Origin: Octopus sinensis
Lineage: Eukaryota
Assembly: GCF_006345805.1 (NCBI RefSeq)
Contig: NC_043000.1
Span: forward strand, 153,326,001-153,390,000
Length of the DNA stretch: 64,000 nt
Direction of reading: 5' to 3'
Shown here: in pieces, positions 11,873-25,230 of the stretch
Position numbering within the stretch: the stretch's first letter is position 1
Layout of the letters: each line of letters starts with the position of its first letter
Translations under genes and position numbers: made by a program
Notes under the pieces: model-generated
Database searches by the model: none
What the model saw: the letters and a program-made list of their open reading frames with translations, nothing else
What the model was told of the DNA's origin: nothing

Positions 11873-12772
11873 TATACATGGTCTGATTAATAAGTATCCG
11901 AACTTTTGCCATAGTAACGAAACTAAAGCACGCAGAGTAAAGCTGCTTGGCAGAGATTGACCTTGAACTCCGCTCTGCATGTACACCACGTTTTAACGTT
12001 CCAGCTGGCTTTCGATGTTTACAGCAGTGCTTTGAAGGAAGGCATGTAACATGTGATCGTAGCATTGACCACGACAGAGAAAGTTGAGCAGAGAATCTGC
12101 GTCGAGTTTGCCAAGAGCTCGACGATACCTGCGCAGAGGCCTACGTATAGTTTTCAAAAACTTTTTATCGTTCGCGATAAAGTCAGGGAAATCTTGTGCG
12201 ACTGAAACACGAGTGTCTTTTTGGTCAGCTGAAAGTAGTTTTGGCACAAATGTGACAGACACGCTCTCGTAGCCAAATCTTCAGTCATAATGGACTGAAC
12301 TGAACCGTGACTAATTTCCACATCCTCTGATAACTCACGAATGGTGATTCGACGATTTTCATTCTCAGCCGCTCTCACATCTGCGATGTTTTACTCAATT
12401 CCGCTAGTTGCGGGTCTCCCAGAACGTTTGTTACTATCGACATTTTTTTGACCATCTTTGAAACGTCTGAATCATTCGTACACTTGTGTGCTGCTCATAC
12501 ACTCCTTTCAATATATATTCTTCCCCTTTTGTGTAGGCCTCTGAACAGGTATCGCCATGACAACTTTCTCTGTAACGATCAATGCGACGATCACACGCTA
12601 CACACCTTCCTTCCAAGCACTGCTGTAAACAGCGGAAGTGAGCTAGAACGTTAAAATTTAGTTCACATGGACAGTAGAGTTCAAGGTCCATTGTTGCCAA
12701 GCGGCTTTACTCTGCAGCATGCTTTAGCTACGCTACTATGGTAAGACTATGGTACTATGATCAGACCTAGTT
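11873..12772 (-). mobile_element. Fold-back mariner derivative: both ends are the 5' end, transposase truncated before the catalytic domain
   Basis: Minus-strand peptides ENENRRITIRELSEDVEISHGSVQSIMTEDL and FVPKLLSADQKDTRVSVAQDF...KFLKTI. Segment 11873-12145 is a diverged inverted copy of about 12535-12772 and includes the TIR-like ggtctgat.aataagtatcc and the ORF start TEKVEQRIC. Confidence 0.75.
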
Positions 12773-13044
12773 TAGGCTAAGATATGGAATCCAAGAAAAT
12801 GGGTGGTGGCCAGTGTAGCTAAAAGCATGATGAGTAAGGTGAAAGGAGTAGAAAGTCTAACGTTTCGATCATTTGTTCTTTTTGGAGAGAAAGATATATA
12901 GAGGCCAAAGAACAGCAGTAGCGTATTTTATACTATTTGCTTTTCTCTCAATTTCTTTTTAGCAACTGCTATGTTTAGTGCGTTTTGTTTTCTGTCCCCA
13001 AACGACAAGATTGTATAAAAAGTTGAATTTCCAATTCTTGCAAC

Positions 13045-13300
<256 letters not shown>

Positions 13301-13327
13301 CTACCTCCCCCTGCGCGCTCTCTCTCT

Positions 13328-13369
<42 letters not shown>

Positions 13370-14750
13370 TGTAACTATATTCTTATATGCAAGCGTTGAT
13401 CCTTCTCGTTAATTTCGTTAACATAGTGGTTAGTTCGCAATTTAATATTGTAGGGAAAATGGGAAGCAGGTAAGCGATTCAGACATTTGTTTAAAATATA
13501 GCTTTGGGAGTATTTACACACAGTGTTGTGAGGAAACTGAGAAACTGGGGATTTGTTGCTCTGGAAAGGTAAAATTTAAGAAAAGTAGGTAAATCAAATG
13601 ACTATGACGAGTTTGGCACAGATTGATTGTTGAAGAGAGCAAGAACAGTTGTATTAACTCTAGAGGGGACAGAGAAGATATAGCACAATTGTAGGATACT
13701 AACTGTAGCTTGTTACAGAATAAAGGTTTTTAGATCAAAGGCTGTTTTAATGCAGTTTGCATTCTCCTCGATTGGGAACTTTACTTCAAAGCAGCTGTAA
13801 TTGTGTGTCGTAATAAGAAAATAATCCCTTATAACTAATTCTAGATCTATAGATATTGCCTAACATTTAAAACCCAATCTTAAGTGACTGTTATTGATAT
13901 ATAGCAACGATGAAAAGTAAGAAGTTACGAAGCCTATCTTTCGTAAACTTTAAACATTTTAAAGGTTTTATTTGTGTGTTGTATATTGTATCCTCATTTG
14001 GCACTGTTTAATAGGATGAGGTTCTAATGTTCTATTGACTGCTGTTTCAATGTCTTCCTTCATAGAACTGACACATTGTTTTGAGAAGATGTATCTAGGC
14101 TGCGTTTGGGGAGTTGGTGTGGTTGAACACATCTGAGATGAAATGTGGTATAATCTATATAGATATTATGTGTAGTTAGAAATGACAGCGAAAGAATTGG
14201 TTATTTGCACAAAAGCTTTGTAGGGAAAGTAACCTACCTTGATCAACACCAGAGTTCTTAGAATATGGCACAGCGAGAATTCCGTTGATATATATTGAAA
14301 TGGAACAGTCTGACAAGAAAATTCCTTTCAAGAGATAAAGGATAGATGAAACATTTAGTCAGCCAACTTTGATAGTCAGTTCTTATACTGGTCGAGATTT
14401 TCGTTGATGTCAAGAGCAATAACATTGCTTTCGGTGAAGTTCGCAGGAGCACAAGTTGTGTGTGTGTGATATATGACAGCAGGTCTGACTCGGCACAATC
14501 AATACTAACGGTCAGTGGGAAGAGAAATAAAACCAAGGTAATAATGGAGACGCTTTGTCGTTGTTTACTAATCGATCATACCTGGTTCAGAATAATGAAC
14601 AAAGGCTTTCCAATCATGACCATGCAACATTTTTATATAGCAATACATATCTACATTGTACATGTCGTTCATTTTGAAGAACCTAACGTATGTTTTCAGG
14701 GATAAATCTATTTAGATTTTGGGAGAAGTGTTCACAAAGGGGAAAATGAT

Positions 14751-15175
14751 AGGCGCAGGAGTGGCTGTGTGGTAAGTAGCTTGTTTACCAACCACATGGT
14801 ACCGGGTTCAGCCCCACTGCGTGGCACCTTGGGCAAGTGGCTTCTACTATAGCCTCGGGCCGACCAAAGCCTTGTGAGTGGATTTGGTAGACGGAATCTG
14901 AAACAAAACCCGTCTTATATATGTATATATATATGTATATATGTGTGTGTGTGTATGTTTGTGTTTGTCCCCCTAGAATTGCTTGACAACCGATGCTGGT
15001 GTGTTTATGTCCCCGTCACTTAGCGGTTCGGCAAAAGAGACCGATAGAATAAGTACTGGGCTTACAAAGAATAAGTCCCGGGGTCGAGTTGCTCGATTAA
15101 AGGCGGTGCTCCAGCATGGCCGCAGGCAAATGACTGAAACAAGTAAAAGAGTAAAAGAGTAAAAGAGTAAAAGAG
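14751..15175 (+). mobile_element. SINE family A (left parent of the tandem duplication)
   Basis: Full match. Confidence 0.9.
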
Positions 15176-15813
15176 AGAGAGAGTTTAGGAAATATAAGAG
15201 GCAGATCCAAGGGACTTCTTTCCTCAACATCATATTTTTAAAAGAGCGAACTCCGCTAACGTCACAAAAAGAGCCAAACTTTTCTCGTAAACCAAACAAT
15301 GCGCTGGTCATACCACTCAAAGTAAGGTAACTAATAGAAAAATAAAATGGTGCCTTCATCAAGACACCAGCATTTGAGAGATGAGTTAACAAAGCTTGAG
15401 CTCAAGGTAGACCTTTTTGCGAGTAAATCATTGATATCTTTCTTAAGTTATTTTACAAGGGAAAATAATTGATATCGCATCGCCACTCGAGCAATACAAC
15501 ACATCGATGAGAGTGTGGTGTGTGCGTGTGTTTATACACACACACACACACATACGCGTGTACGCACGACCGTACGCACACACACTCATACATAATACAT
15601 ACACACACATACATTCATACATACATATATACATACATGCATAAATACATAAATACATACATACATACATAAATACATACATACATTCATACATACATAC
15701 ATACATACATACATACATACATGCATACATGCATACATGCATGCATACATGCATACATGCATGCATACATGCATACATACATACATACATACATACATAC
15801 ATACATACATACA

Positions 15814-15844
<31 letters not shown>

Positions 15845-17145
15845 GGGTATCTATGGGCAACTGCTTCTCCAGCTTCTGTATCCAGACCATGAATCCATAT
15901 CCATACAAATAATATAATTGGGGCACTATGTTTTGTTAGTAAATGCTTAAAGGAGAATCTTGATAAACTGGGAATTTTAGAAAGGGAAATCGATCGGCAA
16001 ATTCGTACACTGCAAGTGCAATGTGTGAGTGGAACAGAAAAATATAAAAGTTCCAAATGTGAATTTGTTAACTACGTATAGGCGCAGGAGTGGCTGTGTG
16101 GTAAGTAGCTTGCTTACCAACCACATGGTTCCGGGTTCAGTCCCACTGCGTGGCATCTTGGGCAAGTGTCTTCTGCTTATACCTCGGCCGACCATGTCTG
16201 TGAGTGGATTTGGTAGACGGAAACTGAAAGAAGTCTGTCGTATATATTGGTATATATATATATTATATAATATATAATAGTTATGTGTGTGTGTGGGTGT
16301 GTGTGGGTGTGTGTTGTGTGTGTGGTTGTGTGTTTGTGTGTCTGTGTTTGTCCCCCTAGCATTGCTTGAAAAGCGATCGGCTGGGTGTTTACGTCCCCGT
16401 CACTTAGAGGTTCGGCAAAAGAGATAGAATAAGTACTGGGCTTCAAAAGAATAAGTCCCGGGGTCGAGTTGCTCGATTAAAGCGGTGCTCCAGCATGGCC
16501 GCAGGCAAATGACTGAAACAAGTAAAAGAGTAAAAGAGTAAAAGAGTAAAAGAGAGAGAGAGTTTAGGAAATAAAGAGGCAGATCCAAAGTGACTCTTTC
16601 CTCAACATCATATTTTTAAAAGAGCGAACTCCGCTAACGTCACAAAAAGAGCCAAACTTTTCTCGTAACCAAACAATGCGCTGGTCATACCACTCAAAGT
16701 AAGGTAACTAATAGAAAAATAAAATGGTGCCTTCATCAAGACACCAGCATTGAGAGATGAGTTAACAAAGCTTGAGCTCAAGGTAGACCTTTTGCGAGTA
16801 AATCATTGATATCTTTCTTAAGTTATTTTACAAGGGAAAATAATTGATATCGCATCGCCACTCGAGCAATACAACACATCGATGAGAGTGTGGTGTGTGC
16901 GTGTGTTTTACACACACACACACACACATACGCGTGTACGCACGACCGTACGCACAACACACTCATACATATACATACACACACATACATTCATACATAC
17001 ATATATACATACATGCATAAATACATAAATACATACATACATACATAAATACATACATACATTCATACATACATACATGCATACATGCATACATACATGC
17101 ATACATGCATACATGCATGCATACATGCATACATACATACATACA

Positions 17146-17176
<31 letters not shown>

Positions 17177-17580
17177 GGGTATCTATGGGCAACTGCTTCT
17201 CCAGCTTCTGTATCCAGACCATGAATCCATATCCATACAAATAATATAATTGGGGCACTATGTTTTGTTAGTAATGCTTAAAGGAGAATCTTGATAAACT
17301 GGGAATTTTAGAAAGGGAAATCGTCGCAAATTGTACACTGCAAGTGCAATGTGTGAGTGGAACAGAAAATATAAAAGTCCAAATGTGAATTTGTTAACTA
17401 CGTATAGGCGCAGGAGTGGCTGTGTGGTAAGTAGCTTGCTACAACCACATGGTTCCGGGTTCAGTCCCACTGCGTGGCATCTTGGGCAAGTGTCTTCTGC
17501 TATAACCTCGGGCCGACCAATGTCTGTGTGAGTGGATTTGGTAGACGGAAACTGAAAGAGTCTGTCGTATATATGTAGTA

Positions 17581-17621
<41 letters not shown>

Positions 17622-17758
17622 GTGTGTGTGTGTGTGTGTGTGTTTGTGTGGTCTGTGTTGTCCCCTAGATGCTTTGACAAGCGATGCTGGTGTGTTTACG
17701 TCCCCGTCACTTAGCGGTTCGGCAAAAGAGATAGAATAAGTACTGGGCTTACAAAAGA
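15071..17758. repeat. Tandem duplication of a unit of about 1.3-1.4 kb bounded by SINE-A copies
   Basis: Unique sequence 15175-16079 recurs at 16553-17405. Confidence 0.92.
16080..16553 (+). mobile_element. SINE family A, chimeric junction copy
   Basis: 5' part shares diagnostic sites with the 17406 copy; 3' end shares them with the 14751 copy. Confidence 0.85.
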
Positions 17759-17837
17759 ATAAGTCCCGGGGTCGATTTGCTCGACTAAAGGTGGTGCTCA
17801 GCATGGCCGCAGTCAAATGACTGAAACAAGTAAAAGA
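17406..17837 (+). mobile_element. SINE family A (right parent of the tandem duplication)
   Basis: Full match, indel-rich. Confidence 0.88.
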
Positions 17838-17944
17838 AAAAAAAAAGAATCCCAAAGATGGTGCCTTATATCTTTTTTTGGAAATCGGCGATTTCCTCAG
17901 TGGAAGATTGATAAAATAATTAAAAGATAGAAGAGACATACATA

Positions 17945-18075
17945 CATAGGCAGTGTACCTTGCCTCACTTGCATCCGTATCTGTGCTTCTGATTTCAGCC
18001 TAAGAAATCACATGAGTGTCCACAGATGTTGACCACGCAACACAATCGTCTTCCTCGGACACGAGAGACTAGCAT
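17945..18075 (+). mobile_element. RTE-type LINE 3' end fragment
   Basis: Terminal peptide CLTCIRICASDFSLRNHMSVHRC* followed by a short 3' UTR (cgtcttcctcggacacgagagac). Confidence 0.6.
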
Positions 18076-18361
18076 TTATTATCAAATATATACAGAAAGA
18101 AAGAGATAGAGAAAGAAAGAAAGAGATAGAGTGAGAGAGAGAATAGTGGGAGGACAGAGATGGCTAAGTAATTTCTCAATGAGTTATGTGCGGATCGACA
18201 AAGAAATGGCCGAGTCCCATAAACACAGATATGAATGTGAAACAGTATATGGGTGACGTAAATTCGACAGGTATTACCATCTAGATCTAAGAAAATCCTC
18301 CTATATAAACTGTATAGAGAAGAAAAAATACGTCTCTCTGTTAATATTAATAACTGATTAT

Positions 18362-18770
18362 AAGGTGGCGAGCTGGCAGAATCGTTAGCATGCCGGGCGA
18401 AATGCTAAGCGGTATTTCGTCTGGCGTTACGTTCTGAGTTCAAATTCCGCCGAGGTCGACTTTGCCTTTTATCCTTTCGGGGTCGATCAAATAAGTACCA
18501 GTTACGCACTGAGGTCGATATGATCGACTTAATCCGTCTGTTTGTCTCCTCTGTGTTTAGCCCCTTGTAGGTAGTAAAAAATAGGTATTTCATCCGTGTT
18601 CTGAGTTCACGTCCTACTAAGTAACACGTATACTTATTTGGTATTTAGGAATTAGATCGTTTTTCATCATTCAGAGTCGATAAAAGTAGTACCAGCTGAG
18701 CACTGGAGTCAGTATAATCGACCTTTCCTCTTACTCGAAATTTCTGGCCTTGTGCAAAAATTCGAAACCA
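18362..18770 (+). mobile_element. SINE family B (18362-18590) followed by a second degenerate fragment
   Basis: Full head, core and tail, then a diverged core and tail. Confidence 0.85.
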
Positions 18771-19217
18771 ATATTAATAACAGTCTACAGAGTTAATGAC
18801 TTCACCACCCAGAGAGTCCACCATTAATGCTTGGTTAAAAGTTGTTTACAGATATTTAGATAGTCTGAGGTAGGAGCAGAGCCAGCCCTTAAGCATTTCA
18901 GTTTAACCCTAACGTTGAAGTTAATGTAGTTTAAGATTCAACTTGAACTCTTGTAATTTCTAGGTAATACCGAGACTTCGAAGTAGTTTCAGAGGTTTGC
19001 AATTCTGGAAATGACGCATCTGAATAGTAATTAGAATAAGGTTTGGATGGGCGGGACGCAGCAGCGACAAAAAGAGGAGGAAAGGCACGTGAATTGGGTG
19101 GTATATTATATGTAGAACACCCACAGACACAGATCACACACATACACACAACACAACACAAAACACACACAGTCCACTCATATACATGCACACAAATATA
19201 TACATACATAAGTATAC

Positions 19218-19250
<33 letters not shown>

Positions 19251-19275
19251 ATATATATATATATATGTATGTATG

Positions 19276-19309
<34 letters not shown>

Positions 19310-19324
19310 TATTAGATATATATA

Positions 19325-19377
<53 letters not shown>

Positions 19378-20338
19378 GACGGTTGTATGGGTAGGTGTAT
19401 GTGCGTGAGTGTTAAAATGTATGCTTGTGTCAAAGCTAATCCAATATCACAGAATCCTCAGTTGGCGTGTAAAATGTAACAGGCCATGTCAGAACACAAT
19501 CCTATGTCTGTCATACCTACTCTGTTATCAGACAAGACTTCCAAGTGTTTTGCCTGTTGCTTGTTCTTCGTTTTTGTTCTTGACACAAGCGAGTAAGAGA
19601 AATCGTGTCGGTTCCACTTTTCGTTAAACCAACAGGGTACAGCTTACTGAGAACAGCTATTTATGATAGCGTCGGATTTATAAGAAATAATTAGTGAAAT
19701 GTGGAAACGGGGAAGTACCATCTTGACAACGATATAGGCGATGTCGCCCCAAATATCGACATACATGTCAAATAGTGCATATATGATGTATGCATATGAA
19801 CGGGTTCTCTCGCACACAAAAACACATTATACAAAGCTTTCAATGAGAACTGCAAAAACCGCAAAGAGTGTGATATGTTTGAAAAAAATTGCTAAAATAT
19901 ACTGAAGAAAGTGAAGTTTAGTGTTAAAGAGTTTGGAATAGAAATAATATGTAAATCTGATTCCTAAATACCACACAAGCATATGTGTACTTACAACAAA
20001 TTGGTGTTGATATGGCTCCGGGAAAATGTCAAACCATGTTTTTAAGAGGAGTATGAGGGGTGCTCATAAATACACATATACATATATACATACATAAAAT
20101 ACATATATATGTGCGTATGTATATATATATATATATATGTGTGTGTGTATGTGTGTGCATGCATATATATACATATATATATATATATAATTTGATAAAT
20201 AAAATATATGCATACTTACATATATGTACGTACCTATATCTACATGTATATATACATGCATAAATATATATATTTTTTCTCCAAGTAAGTTTGTATATAT
20301 ATATATTATATATATATATATAGATAGATAGATACATG

Positions 20339-20369
<31 letters not shown>

Positions 20370-21354
20370 ATATATATATATATAATATATAATATATGCT
20401 GATGTATTCACTTTGCGTTTATTTCTTAGTAGTACAGTTTATTATTAAGTGAGAAAAATACAGTAAAATAGTAGAATAATATCAGTAAATAACGCGCAGA
20501 AATGCAACGAAATATTTTGGTACTTCATATTAGGCTTCACAATTATGAAATCGTAAATTGTGAATATAAAACATTTTGTGGTATTTTTTGCATGATGAAA
20601 TGTTTTCATGTTGAAAACACTAACCAGATCATGCCACTTGTCAAATAAGTACAATTTCAAAATAATATACGATGTCTACTTTTCATGCAACAACTTAAGT
20701 TTAGAACTGAGTAGAGTCTGTTATGATTGAGTGTTGGTAAATCGGATTATTTCGTCATTCCTACAAGTTTAAGACAGGTTTTGTTCGCTGAAATTATAAA
20801 TAGAACCAGCGGTTTGTATAGGCTCAAAAGGTCCTGGTATCTCTGGTTGAGGCGACAGAACATGTTGAAGCACCGGTGTCCCTGGATTACTTGTACTGAT
20901 GAGCCGAGTGTATTATGAACTCACTGTCACCGTAGAAGAAGCTGTTCTCCTGTGATGTACACAAGAACGTCTAGTATGTTTCGTTTTCGAATTTGCTGGT
21001 ATGTATTGAGAATAACTATGCAAATCATCGTCTTTAATGCCTATTTCTTAAAATTTCTGAAAGGTGGGTGCGTCTCCTCATTCACGATAATTTCATATAT
21101 TTAAATGACAACTACGCTTAGAACCAAATTTAACAGAACTACAGTGACTTCCTCACAAAAAAGAATGATTCATTTAGATGTAGTGTCATAAATATATCCA
21201 TTGTGGATGAGAATCATATGTATGCTATTTGTTGAAGATCTGGCTGTTTTGAGCAACAACATACAGGCTGTGTTGAGTAGGGATATGGGTTTCTATTTCA
21301 TCTAGATCGAGCTATTACAATGAAGCTCCCTTGTTGCATCTTACAAACACTGGT

Positions 21355-21566
21355 TACTCTTTTACTCTTTTTCTTGTTTCAGTCATTTGACTGCGGCCAT
21401 GCTGGAGCACCGCCTTTAATCGAGCAACTCGACCCCGGGACTTATTCTTTTGTAAGCCCAGTACTTATTCTATCGGTCTCTTTTGCCGAACGGGGACATA
21501 AACACACCAGCATCGGTTGTCAAGCAATGCTAGGGGGACAAACACAGACACACAAACACACACACA

Positions 21567-21616
<50 letters not shown>

Positions 21617-21784
21617 TACGACGGGCTTCTTTCAGTTTCCGTCTACCAAATCCACTCACAAGGCTTTGGTCGGCCCGAGGCTACAGTAGAAGACACTTGC
21701 CCAAGGTGCCACGCAGTGGGACTGAACCCGGAACCATGTGGTTGGTAAACAAGCTACTTACCACACAGCCACTCCTGCGCCTAT
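21355..21784 (-). mobile_element. SINE family A
   Basis: Near-full match. Confidence 0.9.
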
Positions 21785-22205
21785 ATGCCACTCTTGTGAC
21801 TATATGTTTGAGAAGTTGAACCGAAAGGATAAAGTGTAATGTTTCAAAAGCGAAACTGTTATATGTGGCGTGAAACATTAATGTTAAATACTTGTTTTCA
21901 AATTAAACCGTTGTCGCAGTTTTAACACAGCAAAAATTGAATGAACAATATTTCTTTTTGCGTTAATGTACATGTGTGAGGTCGGACCTACACTAATAAA
22001 ACTAGTTGTGACAATTTCCATTTCCCTAGTGTACCAAATTCCTCGACTTCTTGCTAATGGCCGTAGAACCGTTACTAATCTGAAACTTATTTAATCATTT
22101 GTAATTAAGTTAATAGTCTAATCCTGCTGCCATCTAACGTTCTTACTTTCACCACTAATGATCTCTCCCAGTTCCAGTGTTAAAAATACTATTTCATTTA
22201 TAATC

Positions 22206-23075
22206 TTTCTTTTACTTGTTTCGGTCATTTGACTACGGTAATGATGGAGCACCGCCTTTAGTCGAGCAAATCGCCCCCAGGACATATTCTCTGTAAGCCT
22301 AGTACTTATTCTTTCGTCTCTTTTGCCGAACCGCCAGGTTACGGAGACGTAAAGGTATTGGTTGTCAAGCGATGTCAGCATCGGTTTTCAAGCAACGTTG
22401 GGGGGACAAATACAGACACACAAACATATACACATACACACACACAACACACACACAACACACATACAAACACGCACGCACACACACAAACATACACACA
22501 CATATACATATATATATATAAGTCATACGATATAGTGTATATTTAAACACATGAAGAATCCACTCATAGGAATTCAACAAGCTAGAAAGAACAGCTAGGT
22601 TCTATAACCACAAAAAATTTGGGATGAAAAATAAAAACATTTTACCATCTAGATGGTAAAATGTCTATATTTTTCATTTCGTTCCAGTCGAATTTTATCC
22701 CAATTTTTTTGTGGTTATAGAACCTAGCTGTTCTTTCTAGCTTGTTGAATTCATATGAGTGGATTCCTCATGTGTTTAAATATAAACTATATCGTATGAC
22801 TAATATATAGTCTTTTGGACTAAATCCTTACACGTTAGACCACTGGAAATGTAAATTTTAATTAATTTTCATTTCCCTTTGATACGATTAAATATATATA
22901 TATATATATATATATTTACGACGGGTTTCTTTCAGGTTTCGTCTACCAAATCCACTTACAAGGGTTTGATCGGCCCGAGGCTATAGTAGAACACACTTGC
23001 CCAAAGTGCCACACAGTGAGACTGAACCTGGAGCCATGTGGTTTGTAAGCAAACTACTTACCACACAGACACTCT
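22206..23075 (-). mobile_element. SINE family A split by an insertion of about 370 bp in its central microsatellite
   Basis: 3' module at 22206-22520 and 5' module at 22893-23075. Confidence 0.85.
22521..22801. mobile_element. Spacer-less palindromic MITE-like element inside the (TA)n of a SINE-A copy
   Basis: Symmetry centre catct|agatg at 22650/22651. Arms match out to agtcatacgatatag, apart from about 21 bp missing from the left arm. Confidence 0.75.
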
Positions 23076-23879
23076 TATTCATGATATTTTAATAAATCCA
23101 TATCCTATAAGTTTCAGGTTTTATCAGATTGCACAATAGTACGATTTTTTCCGTTTAAGATCACATACTAATGACCTTAGGTTCGTTAAATGTTCATTCC
23201 CCCAAGGGGATACTTAACAACTTTAATATCTATGACACTATTCCATAAATCGTTTTCAAAAGTCTCCAAATGGCAGTTTGGTTGATTTATAGCTCTTTAA
23301 GGAATTTAGTGTGTAAATAAGATATATCTTTATTAATTTTTCTTCATAATAGTATATAGAAATTTTAAATAAAATATATTTCCTACTCCCCCATAAATTT
23401 ATAACATATGATATAGATTTTATATAATAAATAAGTGCAGTGATTATTTTAAATTAAAATATCTTTGGATTAATATTATTAAAGAGGCATAAGAACATTT
23501 TATGACCGTTGTAATTGTTTTGTATAATTTATCTTATCTATTTGAATTTTGGTTGTGCTTTTATTATATTTATTATGCTTTTAAATTATTAACGCTCACG
23601 CTTATAAACATAAATATATTTTAAATGAGTCTATTTTATGATTTAGCAGTCCTTGCATGAAATGTTTGTCTATTTTTTAGACAAATATTACCATGACGAG
23701 ATGTGAAGTATTTATAAATTCCCCGCTAGATATTAATGGAAACATATTGTAGGATACATATTTGTCTTAATTATTTTTTATATTATATTGTATTTTTTTA
23801 CAGCATAATTATATTATAATATTAATAAATTTATAATACGTCAATTGTATTTCTCTTGACCGCTAAATCCAAAAGTATT

Positions 23880-24040
23880 TTTTTAATATTTTCTCTCTCT
23901 GCTTATTTCCTCGTTCTCCTTTCTGTTGAAGAAACGTAAAAGACTTTCTCACCTTCCTGAGCATCAAACTAATTAATACACCTGCTTGTTGTTCATACTC
24001 CTGTCTTCGTCTTTTTTTTTTTTTGTAAATTTCAACTATA
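23880..24040 (+). mobile_element. Penelope-like pLTR remnant; hammerhead with stem II deleted (23919-23942)
   Basis: cttt-ctgttga-a-gaa-acgt-a-aaag, then cttcctgagc..., then (TA)n. Confidence 0.5.
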
Positions 24041-24301
24041 TATATGTGTATATAAATATATATATGGGGGTAAAATATGAAAAATCAACGAAAATGCATA
24101 TTGCAAATAGAAAAAGGCTATTAATGAGAAGTAGTGACAATTATATACATTTAGATTGACTGAGGCAGTAATACGAGTCATAAAAGTCATTATCATGAGA
24201 TGATTATAAGATGATAAAGTAAGAGAACAAAACGAACCAGTGGTTTACGCGAAGGTATTGTTCAAACGTGTATTTTATATTTTCTTTTCGTAAAATATTT
24301 C

Positions 24302-24345
<44 letters not shown>

Positions 24346-24357
24346 GCATATACATAT

Positions 24358-24388
<31 letters not shown>

Positions 24389-24634
24389 AACAGAGAGAGA
24401 GACAGAGAGACAGAGAGCAAATAGCTATTGTCAGCTGGGTGCGAGGTTGAGGGATTTCCAGTGAAGCGCTCAACCAGAATACTGAGCTATCAACACGCTC
24501 GGGATCCAAGCCAAGGGCGGAATACCTCTGGTGTAGAAAATCCAAGTTTCATGACCATTATACCACATCGGGCTTTGGCAAAGAGGAAATAATCCAATGA
24601 AAAGAAGAAGACGACAAAAATTATTTAGCACATC

Positions 24635-25028
24635 TTTAATAACCAATTACCCATGTTTCCGTACCATCTCCATTTTCAATGTCAGTTTACGCGAAAATTC
24701 TAATAAAAAATTACGTAATATATGCAGTTTTAGACATTGGAGAGGCACTTCTTCGGGCTTGTATCAAAGTTATGCTATTACATTGTCCGCTTATTAGACC
24801 TTGTTTTGAAAGTATCGGGAGGAAATAAAAAGGAAAACAATATTAAAAGTGTGTATGCGGGATGGATCAGGGCAGAAGAAATTATGTGGAGAGGGGGTAT
24901 CAAGAAGTTGGATACGCATGAAAATAAGAGGGAGAAAGGGAAGGAGGGGGAGGAAAACGAGTGGAAGAAGCCGAAAGAGGAAATCTGAAGAAGAAGAAGA
25001 AGAAGAAGAAGAAGAAGAAGAAGAAGAA

Positions 25029-25060
<32 letters not shown>

Positions 25061-25230
25061 AGAAAAGGCTGAGGGTGACAACCAGTACTGATAGGGCCAT
25101 TGATACAAGTCTGAGGAGTGCCTCTCCAATGTCTAAAACCGTGTATATTGCGTAATTTTTCTTTTAGTTTTCGCGTCAACTGTCTTTGCAAATGGAAATG
25201 TTATGGAAGCATGTAACTGCTTATTAAAGG
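24635..25230. mobile_element. Old inverted-repeat element (arms about 135 bp) containing a (GAA)n tract
   Basis: 24635-24768 is an inverted match of about 80% to 25098-25230 (shared ...gttttagacattggagaggcact...). Confidence 0.5.

Noticed and set aside
21219-21300. MLFVEDLAVLSNNIQAVL, resembling an RT YADD region
   Set aside because: A single short motif with no supporting neighbours; possibly ancient LINE debris but unsupported.
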